In this document: in pieces, positions 37,814 through 47,998 of the stretch
How positions within the stretch are numbered: position 1 is the first letter of the stretch
How the letters are laid out: each line of letters opens with the position of its first letter
NCBI GenBank assembly: GCA_902541745.1
Contig: CACBRW010000001.1
Location: forward strand, 4,134-68,133
Source: an uncultured Pelagibacteraceae bacterium
GTDB lineage: Bacteria; Pseudomonadota; Alphaproteobacteria; Pelagibacterales; Pelagibacteraceae
Length of the DNA stretch: 64,000 nucleotides
Direction of reading: 5' to 3'
Program-made: the position numbers and the translations under genes
Notes under the pieces: model-generated
Databases searched by the model: none
What the model was told of the DNA's origin: nothing
What the model saw: the letters and a program-made list of their open reading frames with translations, nothing else

Positions 37814-38952
37814 AAATTTTCTGCCAGTTTCCCACCAACTGTAAATTCCTTACACCCAGTTGTTGAGTTAAAAGAAATTGGTAAATTTAAAAATGATCTT
37901 ATTGCCAAAAATGCAAATGCTTGAGATTCAATATAATCACCTTTTAAATTATAATTATCTATAATTTCCAAATCAATATTATTTTCTAATGATGTGTAAT
38001 TTTTTATACAATTAATTAAATTACTATTTTTTCTACCACCACCACAGATTAAAAATTTAATACTATTTTTTTTACTAATATATTTTAATCCTTCTGCAAT
38101 TAAGTATGCTGTAAAATCTGTTATAGTAGCACATCCATTCTCTAAAGATAAACCTCTTGCAAAAGATACATCAAAATTTTTAATATCTAATGACTGAGAG
38201 TAAGAATTTATTTTAAAATTATCTATTGCCTGATTTAGAATTAATTGATCAACTTTTCCTGCTTTCGCTAGTTCACCATTTTTGTCAAATTTTTTATTGG
38301 AATTCTTTCTTACCCATTCATCAATTAAACAATTACCAGGACCTATGTCAGAAGCAGAAAGGTTATTTTGAAAATTATCTGAAACATTAATAACTTTTGT
38401 AACATTTGCTATGCCACCAATATTTAAGAAACCTATTGGAAATTTAATATTAAAATTTTGACTGATTTTTTTTGATAAAATATGATGAAAAATTGGTGTT
38501 AAAGGTGCACCTTGACCATTATTTTGAATATCCGCTTGTCTAAAATCATATATGACTTTTTTTTTGACTATTTGAGATAACAATTTTCCATCTCCTAATT
38601 GATTGGTAATTTTATCTTCTGCGTTATGAAAAATTGTTTGACCATGAAAACCAATCAGATCAATTGGATCTCTATATTTTTTTAATGATTGATTAACTGC
38701 ATCGGCATGAAAAAGAGTTAAATTACGCTCTAATTCTCTTAATTTTTCTGAATTTTGTAAAAGATTTTTCTTTGTTAAGACTAAATCTCTTAATCGAACT
38801 AACTGATCCTGAAGATTTTTATCGTACTCATAATAATCATCTAAAATGTTTGAAAATTCATCATATCCATCTGAACTAATTATAGATAAATCAATACCAT
38901 CCATAGATGTTCCGCTCATTAGTCCAATTGCAGTATATAATTTTTTTTTCAT
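37810..38952 (-). CDS. anmK: Anhydro-N-acetylmuramic acid kinase
   Basis: GLMSGTSMDG, GFHGQT, GQGAPL, NIGGIAN, DIGPGN, CGGG. Confidence 0.95.
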   Translation of the reverse strand: MKKKLYTAIGLMSGTSMDGIDLSIISSDGYDEFSNILDDYYEYDKNLQDQLVRLRDLVLTKKNLLQNSEKLRELERNLTLFHADAVNQSLKKYRDPIDLIGFHGQTIFHNAEDKITNQLGDGKLLSQIVKKKVIYDFRQADIQNNGQGAPLTPIFHHILSKKISQNFNIKFPIGFLNIGGIANVTKVINVSDNFQNNLSASDIGPGNCLIDEWVRKNSNKKFDKNGELAKAGKVDQLILNQAIDNFKINSYSQSLDIKNFDVSFARGLSLENGCATITDFTAYLIAEGLKYISKKNSIKFLICGGGRKNSNLINCIKNYTSLENNIDLEIIDNYNLKGDYIESQAFAFLAIRSFLNLPISFNSTTGCKEFTVGGKLAENF

Positions 38953-38997
38953 TGATATGTTTTTTAAAAAAAATTTGTATATTGTAACTATAAACTT

Positions 38998-40227
38998 ATG
39001 AATAAATTTTTAAAAGAATTTAAAGATAGAGGTTTTTTCTATCAATGCACAAGTGAAGAAGAATTATCTAAACAATTGGATGAAAAAAAGATTAAAGGTT
39101 ACATAGGTTTTGATTGTACAGCTGAAAGCTTACATGTAGGCAGCTTGTTGCAAATAATGTGTTTGAGACTACTTCAAAAAAATGGACATCGACCAATAGT
39201 TTTACTTGGTGGAGGAACTACAAGAATTGGGGATCCATCTGGTAAAGACAAAACTAGAAAAATTTTAAGTGAAGAAGAAATAGAAAAAAATATTAAAAAT
39301 ATTAAAAATATTTTAAAAAAATTTTTAGATAATGACGACCCAAATACAAAACCAATATTTGTAAATAATTATACTTGGCTTAAAGATTTAAATTATATTT
39401 CATTTTTAAGAGATATTGGGAAACATTTTACTATAAATAGAATGCTAACATTTGATAGCGTAAAACTCAGATTAGATAGAGAACAATCTCTAAGTTACAT
39501 GGAATTTAATTATATGATTTTACAAGCATATGATTTTCTTGAACTAAATAAGAAAGAAAATTGTGTCTTACAAATAGGAGGTTCAGATCAATGGGGAAAC
39601 ATTATTAATGGTGTAGAACTTATTAAAAGATATTCTAATAATCAAACCTTTGGTTTAACAACGCCCTTAATTACACTGGCTACTGGTGCTAAAATGGGTA
39701 AAACTGAAAGTGGGGCAATTTGGTTGGATGAAAAATATTTATCAGCTTATGATTATTGGCAATTTTGGAGAAACGTAGATGATAGAGATGTAATCAAATT
39801 TTTAAAAATGTTTACTGAAGTTGAAGTTAAAGAAATACAAAAAATTAAGGATAAAGATATAAATGAATTAAAAATACTACTAGCAAATAAAACCACAGAA
39901 ATGTTGCACGGAAAGGAAGCAGCTAAAAATTCTGAGCAAGCTGCAAAAGAAGCTTTTTCTGGAAACTCTCTTGGTTCAAACTTACCCAAAGTTAACATTC
40001 AAACAAACAAAATAGAACAAAAAATTAATATAGTTGAACTTGTGTTGTTATCTAAATTAGAAAATTCAAAAAGTGAAATCAGAAGACTTGTGAAAGGAAA
40101 TGCGGTTAAAATAAATGACGATGTTATTTCAGATGAAAAATTCGAAATCAACAAAAATTTATTTAAAGATAAATATCTTAAACTTTCCCTTGGAAAAAAA
40201 AGACATATTAAAATAGAGTTAAATTAA
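38998..40227 (+). CDS. tyrS: Tyrosine--tRNA ligase
   Basis: GFDCTAESLHVG, QIGGSDQWGN, KMGKT, C-terminal S4 domain. Confidence 0.97.
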   Translation: MNKFLKEFKDRGFFYQCTSEEELSKQLDEKKIKGYIGFDCTAESLHVGSLLQIMCLRLLQKNGHRPIVLLGGGTTRIGDPSGKDKTRKILSEEEIEKNIKNIKNILKKFLDNDDPNTKPIFVNNYTWLKDLNYISFLRDIGKHFTINRMLTFDSVKLRLDREQSLSYMEFNYMILQAYDFLELNKKENCVLQIGGSDQWGNIINGVELIKRYSNNQTFGLTTPLITLATGAKMGKTESGAIWLDEKYLSAYDYWQFWRNVDDRDVIKFLKMFTEVEVKEIQKIKDKDINELKILLANKTTEMLHGKEAAKNSEQAAKEAFSGNSLGSNLPKVNIQTNKIEQKINIVELVLLSKLENSKSEIRRLVKGNAVKINDDVISDEKFEINKNLFKDKYLKLSLGKKRHIKIELN

Positions 40228-42653
40228 TTTTTTTTAATTTTCTCTAAAGTTCTAGTAATAAATCTGGGTGTTAAAGTTTTTATAGGATTTACAGTTGTTT
40301 CTAAATCTTTAGGGGGACCTTTAATTTTAAAGCTAACTCCAAAAACACCATCACCTACTTTCTTTCCAATTAATAAATCTCCAAGTAGAGGTATTGAAGC
40401 GATAGATCTGTTGATTGTTGTCGCTGGAACCAAAGTTCCTCTTAAACTGATTAATTTATCCTCTTCAATGTATCCTTCTAATAAAATAGATATTGCTGGT
40501 CCAATTGCATATAACTCTTGAATTTTCATAAGTTTACCTTGATTTGTAAAATTCATTTCAAAATCTGTAAACCTAATCCCCTCTCCTGTAAGTAAGTCCG
40601 CTATTCCTTGAAGAGATGCAAGAGCCAACAACTTGGTTAGTGCTGGAATTTCTTTAACTTTAAAATTATCAATTACTAATTTAGAGGTTGAAACTCCATC
40701 TTTTTTCAAAGAGTAAAAGTCTAAATATCCATCTCTATCATCTTTAAAACCTTTAATGAATTTGTATCTGTCAACTAGGGGTTTTGCTTTAGATGAGAAA
40801 AGAGTGGTAATTTTTTCACCTTGACCGTTTGTTCTAACTGTAAATTTTATATTTTGTGAATTGTTATAAAAAGCTAAAATATCAGCTTCTTCTACTTTAT
40901 TATTAATAATATTTATCTTTCCACTTAAGTCCTTAACCAAGTATATTTTATCAAGGTAAACTTCCTTAAGATTTAGGTCCATATTTAAATTTTTTTCAAA
41001 AAGAGTGTTTTCTTTTATATCATCGGCATCTAGTAAACTCGAAATTAAAGAATTTGCATTTAATGAAGTACCATCAATTAAATAATTTTGACCTTCTCGT
41101 TTTTTTATATTGTAATTATTTTTTTTATTTTCTGTATCTAAATAATTAAAATTTGCCTGATCTATTTTTACTATTTGATTATAATTGTTGAGAGATAAAT
41201 TCTTAATTTTAATTTTATTATTTTCTTCGTTAATAATAAAGCTATTTATATTAAGATTTTTATTATTTTTAAATTCTCCTTTTATTAGAAGATTCATTTT
41301 ACTTTTATCTTTTTTTTTATAATTAATACTATCAATTTTAAATTTTGTATTTTTTATATTTAAATTAGCATCAAAACTTATTTGGTTTTTTTTTTTCTCA
41401 ATAAAATAATTAATTTCTTCAAAATCATTATTGATTTTAAATTTTCCAGAACCTAAAAAAGTTAAGTTATTATTTTTAAAATTAATTTTTAATTTTTGGT
41501 TATTAAAATTAATATTTTTATTAGTTTGAGGAAAGAAAATTTTTAAAAAATCTTGTTGTTCTAAAACTATATTTTTTAAAAATAATTCTAAATCTATACT
41601 TAAATCCTTATCTTTTTTATTTATTAAATATTTAATTTCATCTACTTCATCAGAATTTAACTGAATTTGTCCCTCGCCGTTAATTGATAAGTTGTTATTC
41701 TTATAATTTAAATTTAATTTATGATTATTAAGTAAAATTAAGTCATCAACTTCAGGGAAATAGTTATTAATTATTTTTAAATTTTTATATTTTAGCTGAG
41801 TAATATTTATAGCAGAATTTAAAATAATATTTTTTACTTTGAATTTTTCACTTATTTCTAAAGAAAATTCGTTATTTGTTTTAAATTTAGCATTATCAAT
41901 AATTATATTTTCAAAACTTAAATTTAATAATTTTAATATATTTGAATTTAAAACTGACTGATCATTTTCAACAATAGCATCAATTAGAAAACTATTTTTT
42001 CTCTTTTTTATATTTAGTTTTTTTGAAATAAATTCAACCTCATCCACTTTAAAATTTATTTGGTTAAAAAAATAATTGTCTTTTTTAAAATTGAAATTAA
42101 AATTTATATTCTTTATATTTGTCTTATTTAAAAAATTAATAGTTGCATCTTTAATCAAACCCTCAATGATATAATCATTTTTAAGCTTACCATTTTCATC
42201 GATGTTCAATCTCAGATCTATAATTACATGACCTTTTTTTACAATTTTTTCTAATACAAATAATTCAGGTTTATTATTTGTAGTCCTAATAAATTTAATT
42301 AAATCTTTTAATAATATAGACTTAGTTGTTACCTCTATATTAGAAGATGAAATCTTATTTTTAATAAGAGAACTGAGCGAAACTTGCGTTGTGATACTTT
42401 CTAATGCTAAAGATCTTTTTGAAAAATATACTGTGGTACCAATTGTTTTTGCATTAATTTTCAGTTTAAAAGGATCTAGCGTTAATTTAATTTTTTTTAA
42501 ATCTATATCTACTTTTTTATTTATTAGTGAAATTCTTTTTTTAATTTGGTTGTTAAATTTATCTGTCTCTACACCTACGGTGCTAAGGTAAACTGTCAAA
42601 ATAACTAAAACTGACAGAAGCAGGATAAAATATTTTAAAATATTATTTTTCAT
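40224..42653 (-). CDS. AsmA-like/YhdP-type envelope protein
   Basis: N-terminal TM anchor, long beta-rich body, C-terminal GTLVPA..IPLLG..GVFGVSFKIKGP..VNP motif; usual neighbour of tyrS. Confidence 0.75.
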   Translation of the reverse strand: MKNNILKYFILLLSVLVILTVYLSTVGVETDKFNNQIKKRISLINKKVDIDLKKIKLTLDPFKLKINAKTIGTTVYFSKRSLALESITTQVSLSSLIKNKISSSNIEVTTKSILLKDLIKFIRTTNNKPELFVLEKIVKKGHVIIDLRLNIDENGKLKNDYIIEGLIKDATINFLNKTNIKNINFNFNFKKDNYFFNQINFKVDEVEFISKKLNIKKRKNSFLIDAIVENDQSVLNSNILKLLNLSFENIIIDNAKFKTNNEFSLEISEKFKVKNIILNSAINITQLKYKNLKIINNYFPEVDDLILLNNHKLNLNYKNNNLSINGEGQIQLNSDEVDEIKYLINKKDKDLSIDLELFLKNIVLEQQDFLKIFFPQTNKNINFNNQKLKINFKNNNLTFLGSGKFKINNDFEEINYFIEKKKNQISFDANLNIKNTKFKIDSINYKKKDKSKMNLLIKGEFKNNKNLNINSFIINEENNKIKIKNLSLNNYNQIVKIDQANFNYLDTENKKNNYNIKKREGQNYLIDGTSLNANSLISSLLDADDIKENTLFEKNLNMDLNLKEVYLDKIYLVKDLSGKINIINNKVEEADILAFYNNSQNIKFTVRTNGQGEKITTLFSSKAKPLVDRYKFIKGFKDDRDGYLDFYSLKKDGVSTSKLVIDNFKVKEIPALTKLLALASLQGIADLLTGEGIRFTDFEMNFTNQGKLMKIQELYAIGPAISILLEGYIEEDKLISLRGTLVPATTINRSIASIPLLGDLLIGKKVGDGVFGVSFKIKGPPKDLETTVNPIKTLTPRFITRTLEKIKKN

Positions 42654-43744
42654 TTAATTTATAAAGCGATTGTTCCAAAAATTCATCAATATCGCCATCT
42701 AATACTTTATCAGGACTAGTGCTTTCAAAATTAGTTCTATTATCTTTTACAAGTCTATAAGGTTGAAGTATGTATGATCTAATTTGATGGCCCCACCCTA
42801 TTTCAGATTTAGAACTTTCGACATTTTGACTTTTTTCCTCTCTTTTTTTAATTTCATGATCATATAATCTTGCTTTCAGCATATTCATGCATGTTTCTTT
42901 ATTTTTATGTTGTGATCTTTCATTTTGACATTGAACAACAATCTTTGATGGAATGTGAGTTATTCTAACTGCACTGTCAGTAGTATTAACATGCTGACCA
43001 CCTGCTCCACTGGAACGATAGGTGTCTATTCTTAAATCTTTTTCTAAAATTTCTATATTTATATTTTCATCTACAACTGGATAAATCCAAACACTTGCAA
43101 AACTTGTGTGCCTTCTTGCTCCAGAGTCAAATGGAGATATCCTAACTAATCTATGTATTCCCGACTCTTTCTTTAACCATCCAAAAACATAGTCACCATC
43201 TATTTTAATTGTTGCTGACTTTATTCCAGCCTCGTCACCTCTATGTTCACTAATCAAACTCGATTTAAAATTTTTTTTATCAGACCATTTTAAATACATT
43301 CTTCTTAGCATATCAGCCCAATCTTGACTTTCTGTGCCTCCAGCACCAGCATGAATTTCTATATAACAATTTAAAGGGTCTGCTTCATTAGATAAAAAAC
43401 ATTTAATTTCATTTTTTTTAACTTCACTTCTTAAATCTTTTATATTTTGTAAAACTTCATTTTGAACTTGTAAATTTTCTTCCTCATGCGCCAATTGACT
43501 CAAATCATCTAAATCTTTTAGCTTTTCGACATTATTATTTAAAGAATTTGTTAAATCTTCATAAAATTTCTTTTCTTTGATTACTCTTTGAGAATTATTT
43601 TTATCTTGCCAAAAATTGGCACTCAACATTTGTGAGTTTAAAGATTGTAGCTTTGAATAGATGTTGTTTTTTTCAAAGATACTCCTGTATTTTTTGATTT
43701 ATCTTTTCAATATCTTCTTTTAAATTTTGATAATTAATATCCAT
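42643..43744 (-). CDS. prfB: Peptide chain release factor 2, expressed via a programmed +1 frameshift
   Basis: SPF and GGQ motifs; true start ATG 43744; ORF1 of 23 codons ends AGGAG-TAT-CTT-TGA, and the +1 frame joins the 42643-43629 ORF. Confidence 0.95.
43673..43686 (-). other. prfB +1 ribosomal frameshift cassette
   Basis: Internal SD AGGAG, 3-nt spacer, slippery CTT TGA. Confidence 0.92.
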
Positions 43745-46080
43745 TAGTAAAACTTTAATATATTATTTGAATCTAATCTATCTGAATTTGTATAAAGTAC
43801 TTTTCCATCAACCACATTTTCTTTTTTAAAAACCTCAATAATAGTATTCTTTGAGTTAAATTTTGCTTTTTGACCTGTTAAAGGGTCAACAACCATCATC
43901 ACTGTACCTTTAGCAGCCTTAAATGGTCTTGCATCATTTTTGTTAATAGAATCACTTATAAAATTTTTGAATATTGGCAAAGCCGTTTTAGATCCTGTTT
44001 CATATTTTCCTAATGGAATTGGATTATCAGAACCAACATAAACACCAACTAGTACATTTGAGGTAAAACCTATAAACCAAGTATCTGTATTTTTATTTGT
44101 TGTTCCAGTTTTACCTGCAATATTTAAATTTAAGTCTTTTAGTTTTTTAGCTGTACCTCTTTGAACAACTCCTTCTAAAATTGATGTCATTTGAAAAGCT
44201 GTTTCTGGAGAAAAAATTTGCGTATAGTTATTTTTAATATCTGGATAATCGTTTGTTAAATAAGAAATTTGATCACAATTTATACATTTTCTTCTATCGT
44301 TATTAAAAATCGTATTTCCCTCACTGTCCTGAATCCTATCTATCAATATTGGTTCAACAAGTTTTCCTCCATTAACAAAAACTGAATAAGCAGATGTAAG
44401 TTTTAATAAAGTTGTTTCAGCAGATCCCAAAGATATTGATAAAAGTTCTTCTGGATTATCATAAATTTTTAATGCTTTTGAAAAATCAACTATTTTCTCT
44501 ACACCAAGATTTTGGGCTATTCTTACTGTCATTAAATTTCTAGATTTCTCCAAACCAACCCTCAAAGTCGAGGGCCCATAAAATTTTTTTCCATAATTTT
44601 CTGGTTTCCACATTTTTAAATCATCTCCTTGGTCTAAAACCAGTGGTGCGTCTAGAACTAGTGATGTTGGTGTAAAATTATTCTCTAAGGCTAATGCATA
44701 AACAAATGGTTTAAAAGCTGATCCAGGCTGTCTTTTAGCTTGAGTTGCTCTGTTAAATTCACTTTGTTTAAAACTAAAACCACCACTTAGTGCTAAAACT
44801 CTTCCAGTAAATGGATCCATAACAACAATTCCGCCATTTACCTTTGGTAATTGTTGTAAGTTAAAAATATTTTCTTTAAGGTTTTTAACATAAATAATAT
44901 CACCAGGTTTTAATAATTTATTAAATTCTTTTTTTGTCCAAGAAATACTCTGATATTCAATTATACCTTTGATATTATCTTCTGTTTCTATTTCTACTGA
45001 AAATTTATTTATCTTTTTGACTATTGCTAATTTCCAATCAATTGAATTTTCTAATTTATATTTTTCTAAATCTTTTTTCCATTCTGAATTATAAATCTTG
45101 TTAGTAAGTGGTCCTCTCCATCCCTTTCTTTTATCGTATGCTATTAATCCATCTCTAAGTGATTTTGTTGCAATTGTTTGTAAATTTAAATCTATTGGAG
45201 TATTGATATTAAAACCTTGTTTGTAAACTTTATCATAGCTCAAAGTTTCGATTACACTCTTTCTCACATCCTCAATAAAATATTGAGTATCTTCTAAATA
45301 AATTTTTTTATTTTTTTTTAAAATTATTTCCTCTTTTGAGAGTTTTTCATACCATTCTGAGGTTAAATAATTATTATCTAACAAATTTTTTAAAACTAAA
45401 TTTCTTCTAAATTTTGCTATATCTGGGTTTCTGTAAGGATTATATCTACTAGGTGCTTTTGGCAAAGCTGCTAACAAAGCAGCTTCTGAGTAATTTAAAT
45501 CTTTAATAGATTTATCAAAATATTCTAAGCTCGCTGCAGCTACTCCATATGCTCCACTTCCTAGATATATTTGATTTAAATAAAGTTCTAGAATTCTTTC
45601 TTTAGATAAAGCTCTCTCAATTCTAAAAGCTAGAATTGCTTCCTTAATTTTCCTATTTAAACTTACTTCATTTGTTAGTAAAAAGTTTTTTGCTACCTGT
45701 TGAGTAATTGTAGATGCTCCCTCTAACCTTTTAGATGATAAAATATTTGAAATATTATTTATTACAGCTCTAATAACACCTTTAGCATCAACGCCTGGAT
45801 GTTTAAAAAAATTTTTATCTTCTGCAGATAAAAATGCGTTAATTACATTTTTTGGAATTGAATTAAATGGAACAAATACTCTTTTTTCCTGTGAAAAATC
45901 TGCCACCAAATCACCATTACCTGAGTAAACTTTGCTGGAAACAGAAGGTTTATAGCTTTTAAGAAATTTATAATCTGGTAAATCATTAGAATAAGTCCAT
46001 AAAACACTTATTATCGAAATTGCTGATAATAGAATAAAAGAAGTAATTAAAATAAGGATATTTCTAAAAAATTTATTCAT
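43744..46080 (-). CDS. mrcA: Penicillin-binding protein 1A
   Basis: Transglycosylase EDKNF, GASTITQQ, RKIKE; transpeptidase SAFK, SRN, KTG. Confidence 0.95.
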   Translation of the reverse strand: MNKFFRNILILITSFILLSAISIISVLWTYSNDLPDYKFLKSYKPSVSSKVYSGNGDLVADFSQEKRVFVPFNSIPKNVINAFLSAEDKNFFKHPGVDAKGVIRAVINNISNILSSKRLEGASTITQQVAKNFLLTNEVSLNRKIKEAILAFRIERALSKERILELYLNQIYLGSGAYGVAAASLEYFDKSIKDLNYSEAALLAALPKAPSRYNPYRNPDIAKFRRNLVLKNLLDNNYLTSEWYEKLSKEEIILKKNKKIYLEDTQYFIEDVRKSVIETLSYDKVYKQGFNINTPIDLNLQTIATKSLRDGLIAYDKRKGWRGPLTNKIYNSEWKKDLEKYKLENSIDWKLAIVKKINKFSVEIETEDNIKGIIEYQSISWTKKEFNKLLKPGDIIYVKNLKENIFNLQQLPKVNGGIVVMDPFTGRVLALSGGFSFKQSEFNRATQAKRQPGSAFKPFVYALALENNFTPTSLVLDAPLVLDQGDDLKMWKPENYGKKFYGPSTLRVGLEKSRNLMTVRIAQNLGVEKIVDFSKALKIYDNPEELLSISLGSAETTLLKLTSAYSVFVNGGKLVEPILIDRIQDSEGNTIFNNDRRKCINCDQISYLTNDYPDIKNNYTQIFSPETAFQMTSILEGVVQRGTAKKLKDLNLNIAGKTGTTNKNTDTWFIGFTSNVLVGVYVGSDNPIPLGKYETGSKTALPIFKNFISDSINKNDARPFKAAKGTVMMVVDPLTGQKAKFNSKNTIIEVFKKENVVDGKVLYTNSDRLDSNNILKFY

Positions 46081-46180
46081 TTTAATTTCATTATATCTTG
46101 GAATTTGTTAAAGATATGGCAAGAAAATTAAACAAAATTTTAAAAATTAAATTACTAATGAAATTAACATTTACAAAATT

Positions 46181-47998
46181 ATGGAAAAAAATTTATATAT
46201 CGATGCTTCGCATCCTAATGAAACTAGAGTTGTTCTTAAATCAGGCGAAAATATTGAAGATTACGAGTACGAAGGTTTAAAAAATAATTTAATTAAAAAT
46301 AATATTTATTTAGGCAAAGTAAGTAGAATTGAACCCTCTTTGCAAGCAGCCTTTGTTGATTTTGGAAGAGAGAGGCATGGGTTTTTGTCTTTTAATGACA
46401 TTCAATCAGATTATTATCAGATACCAAAAGCAGATTTAGAAAAAATTAAAGAGGAGGAAGAAAAAGCTAGAGAAGAACTTTCAAGAGAAGTTGAAGCTAA
46501 AGAAGAAGAGAATATTGCTGCAGGAAAATTAGAAATTGATGATCCTATAGAAAAAGTATCAGAGGAACCAATAGAAGAAAATCTAACAAATAAAGAAAAT
46601 ATTACTGAAAAAGAAAATTTAGGTAGTGAAAAAGAACAAAAAAAAGAAAATAGATTTAAATTTAAAAGGTATAAAATTCAGGAAGTAATAAAACCCAATC
46701 AAGTAATTCTTGTACAAGTAATTAAAGACGAAAGAGGTCAAAAAGGTGCTGCATTAAGTACTTTTATCTCTATCGCTGGTAAATATATAGTATTAATGCC
46801 AAACACTCCCAAAGGAGGGGGCATATCAAGGAAAATATTTAATCCTGCTGATAGAAAAAAAATAAGAACTATTTTAAATGACATCGAAATACCTAGAGAG
46901 ATGGGTTTAATTGTTAGAACTGCTGGAAGTAATAAAACAAAAAATGAAATAAGTAATGATTTAACAAGTTTAATTAATACTTGGGCCCAAATAAAAGAAA
47001 ATGCAATCAACTCTATTGCTCCTACTTTAATACATCAAGAAAGTGAAATAATTAAAAGAACTTTGAGAGATATGTTTGATGATAATACTCAAAGTATAAT
47101 TGTAGAAGGTAATGATGGATACAAGAAAGCTCAATTATTCATGAAAACTATAATGCCATCAAATGTAAAAAAAGTGAAAAAATATAGAGGAAAAGTTCCA
47201 CTCTTTATACAAGAAAATATTGAACAAAAATTAAATCAAATTTTTGACTCTGAAATTAAACTTAAATCAGGGGGATACTTAGTTATTAATCCAACAGAAG
47301 CTTTAGTTTCTATCGATATAAATTCTGGTAGTTCAATAAGAGGAAAAAATGTTGAAAGTACTGCTTTAGACACAAATATTGAAGCTGCAGAAGAAATTGC
47401 AAGACAAATTAAAATAAGAGACTTATCTGGTTTAATTATTATAGATTTTATTGATATGCTAAGTTATGGGAATAGAAGATTAGTTGAAAAAAAACTCAAA
47501 GAAAAATGCAGATCAGATAGAGCAAGAATTCAAATTGGAAGAATAAGTAATTTTGGTCTTTTAGAGATGTCAAGGCAAAGACTTAGAGAAAGTGCAATTA
47601 AATGGAAGGTTACATTAACTGACGAATCTTTTGCTCAAAAAATCTTAAAAATTGTTGAGTTAAAAGCTGTGATTAATAAAGCTAAATTTGTGGAATTAAA
47701 AGTTTGTGAAAAAATTTCAGATTTTCTTAAAGAAAATTTTGTTAATGACTTAACTTATTTTGAGAAAAAAAATAAAATGAAAATAGATATCATTAGTGAT
47801 AATTCTTTAATTATACCTGAGTACATTATAGATATTAAAAATAAATCAAAAAAAACAGTTGAAATGATAGAATATTACGAAAAATTAAAAAATTTAGATA
47901 CACAAAATAAGGAGGACAAATTTTCAGAAAAAAAAGAAAATAAAAAAATTAATAAAAAAAAATATAGTAAAAAAAAATATTATAAAAAAACTAAATAA
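46181..47998 (+). CDS. rne: Ribonuclease E/G, compact, lacking the Zn-link
   Basis: NIYLGKV.RIEPSLQAAFV, acidic S1 insertion, KGAALST, IDINSG, IIDFIDM, LLEMSRQR. Confidence 0.95.
   Translation: MEKNLYIDASHPNETRVVLKSGENIEDYEYEGLKNNLIKNNIYLGKVSRIEPSLQAAFVDFGRERHGFLSFNDIQSDYYQIPKADLEKIKEEEEKAREELSREVEAKEEENIAAGKLEIDDPIEKVSEEPIEENLTNKENITEKENLGSEKEQKKENRFKFKRYKIQEVIKPNQVILVQVIKDERGQKGAALSTFISIAGKYIVLMPNTPKGGGISRKIFNPADRKKIRTILNDIEIPREMGLIVRTAGSNKTKNEISNDLTSLINTWAQIKENAINSIAPTLIHQESEIIKRTLRDMFDDNTQSIIVEGNDGYKKAQLFMKTIMPSNVKKVKKYRGKVPLFIQENIEQKLNQIFDSEIKLKSGGYLVINPTEALVSIDINSGSSIRGKNVESTALDTNIEAAEEIARQIKIRDLSGLIIIDFIDMLSYGNRRLVEKKLKEKCRSDRARIQIGRISNFGLLEMSRQRLRESAIKWKVTLTDESFAQKILKIVELKAVINKAKFVELKVCEKISDFLKENFVNDLTYFEKKNKMKIDIISDNSLIIPEYIIDIKNKSKKTVEMIEYYEKLKNLDTQNKEDKFSEKKENKKINKKKYSKKKYYKKTK

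Noticed and set aside
42643-43744. prfB as a truncated gene or pseudogene
   Set aside because: The internal stop is the known programmed frameshift site
46098-46280. 60-aa ORF overlapping the rne start as a possible leader peptide
   Set aside because: TTG start, no SD, overlaps rne out of frame; likely chance
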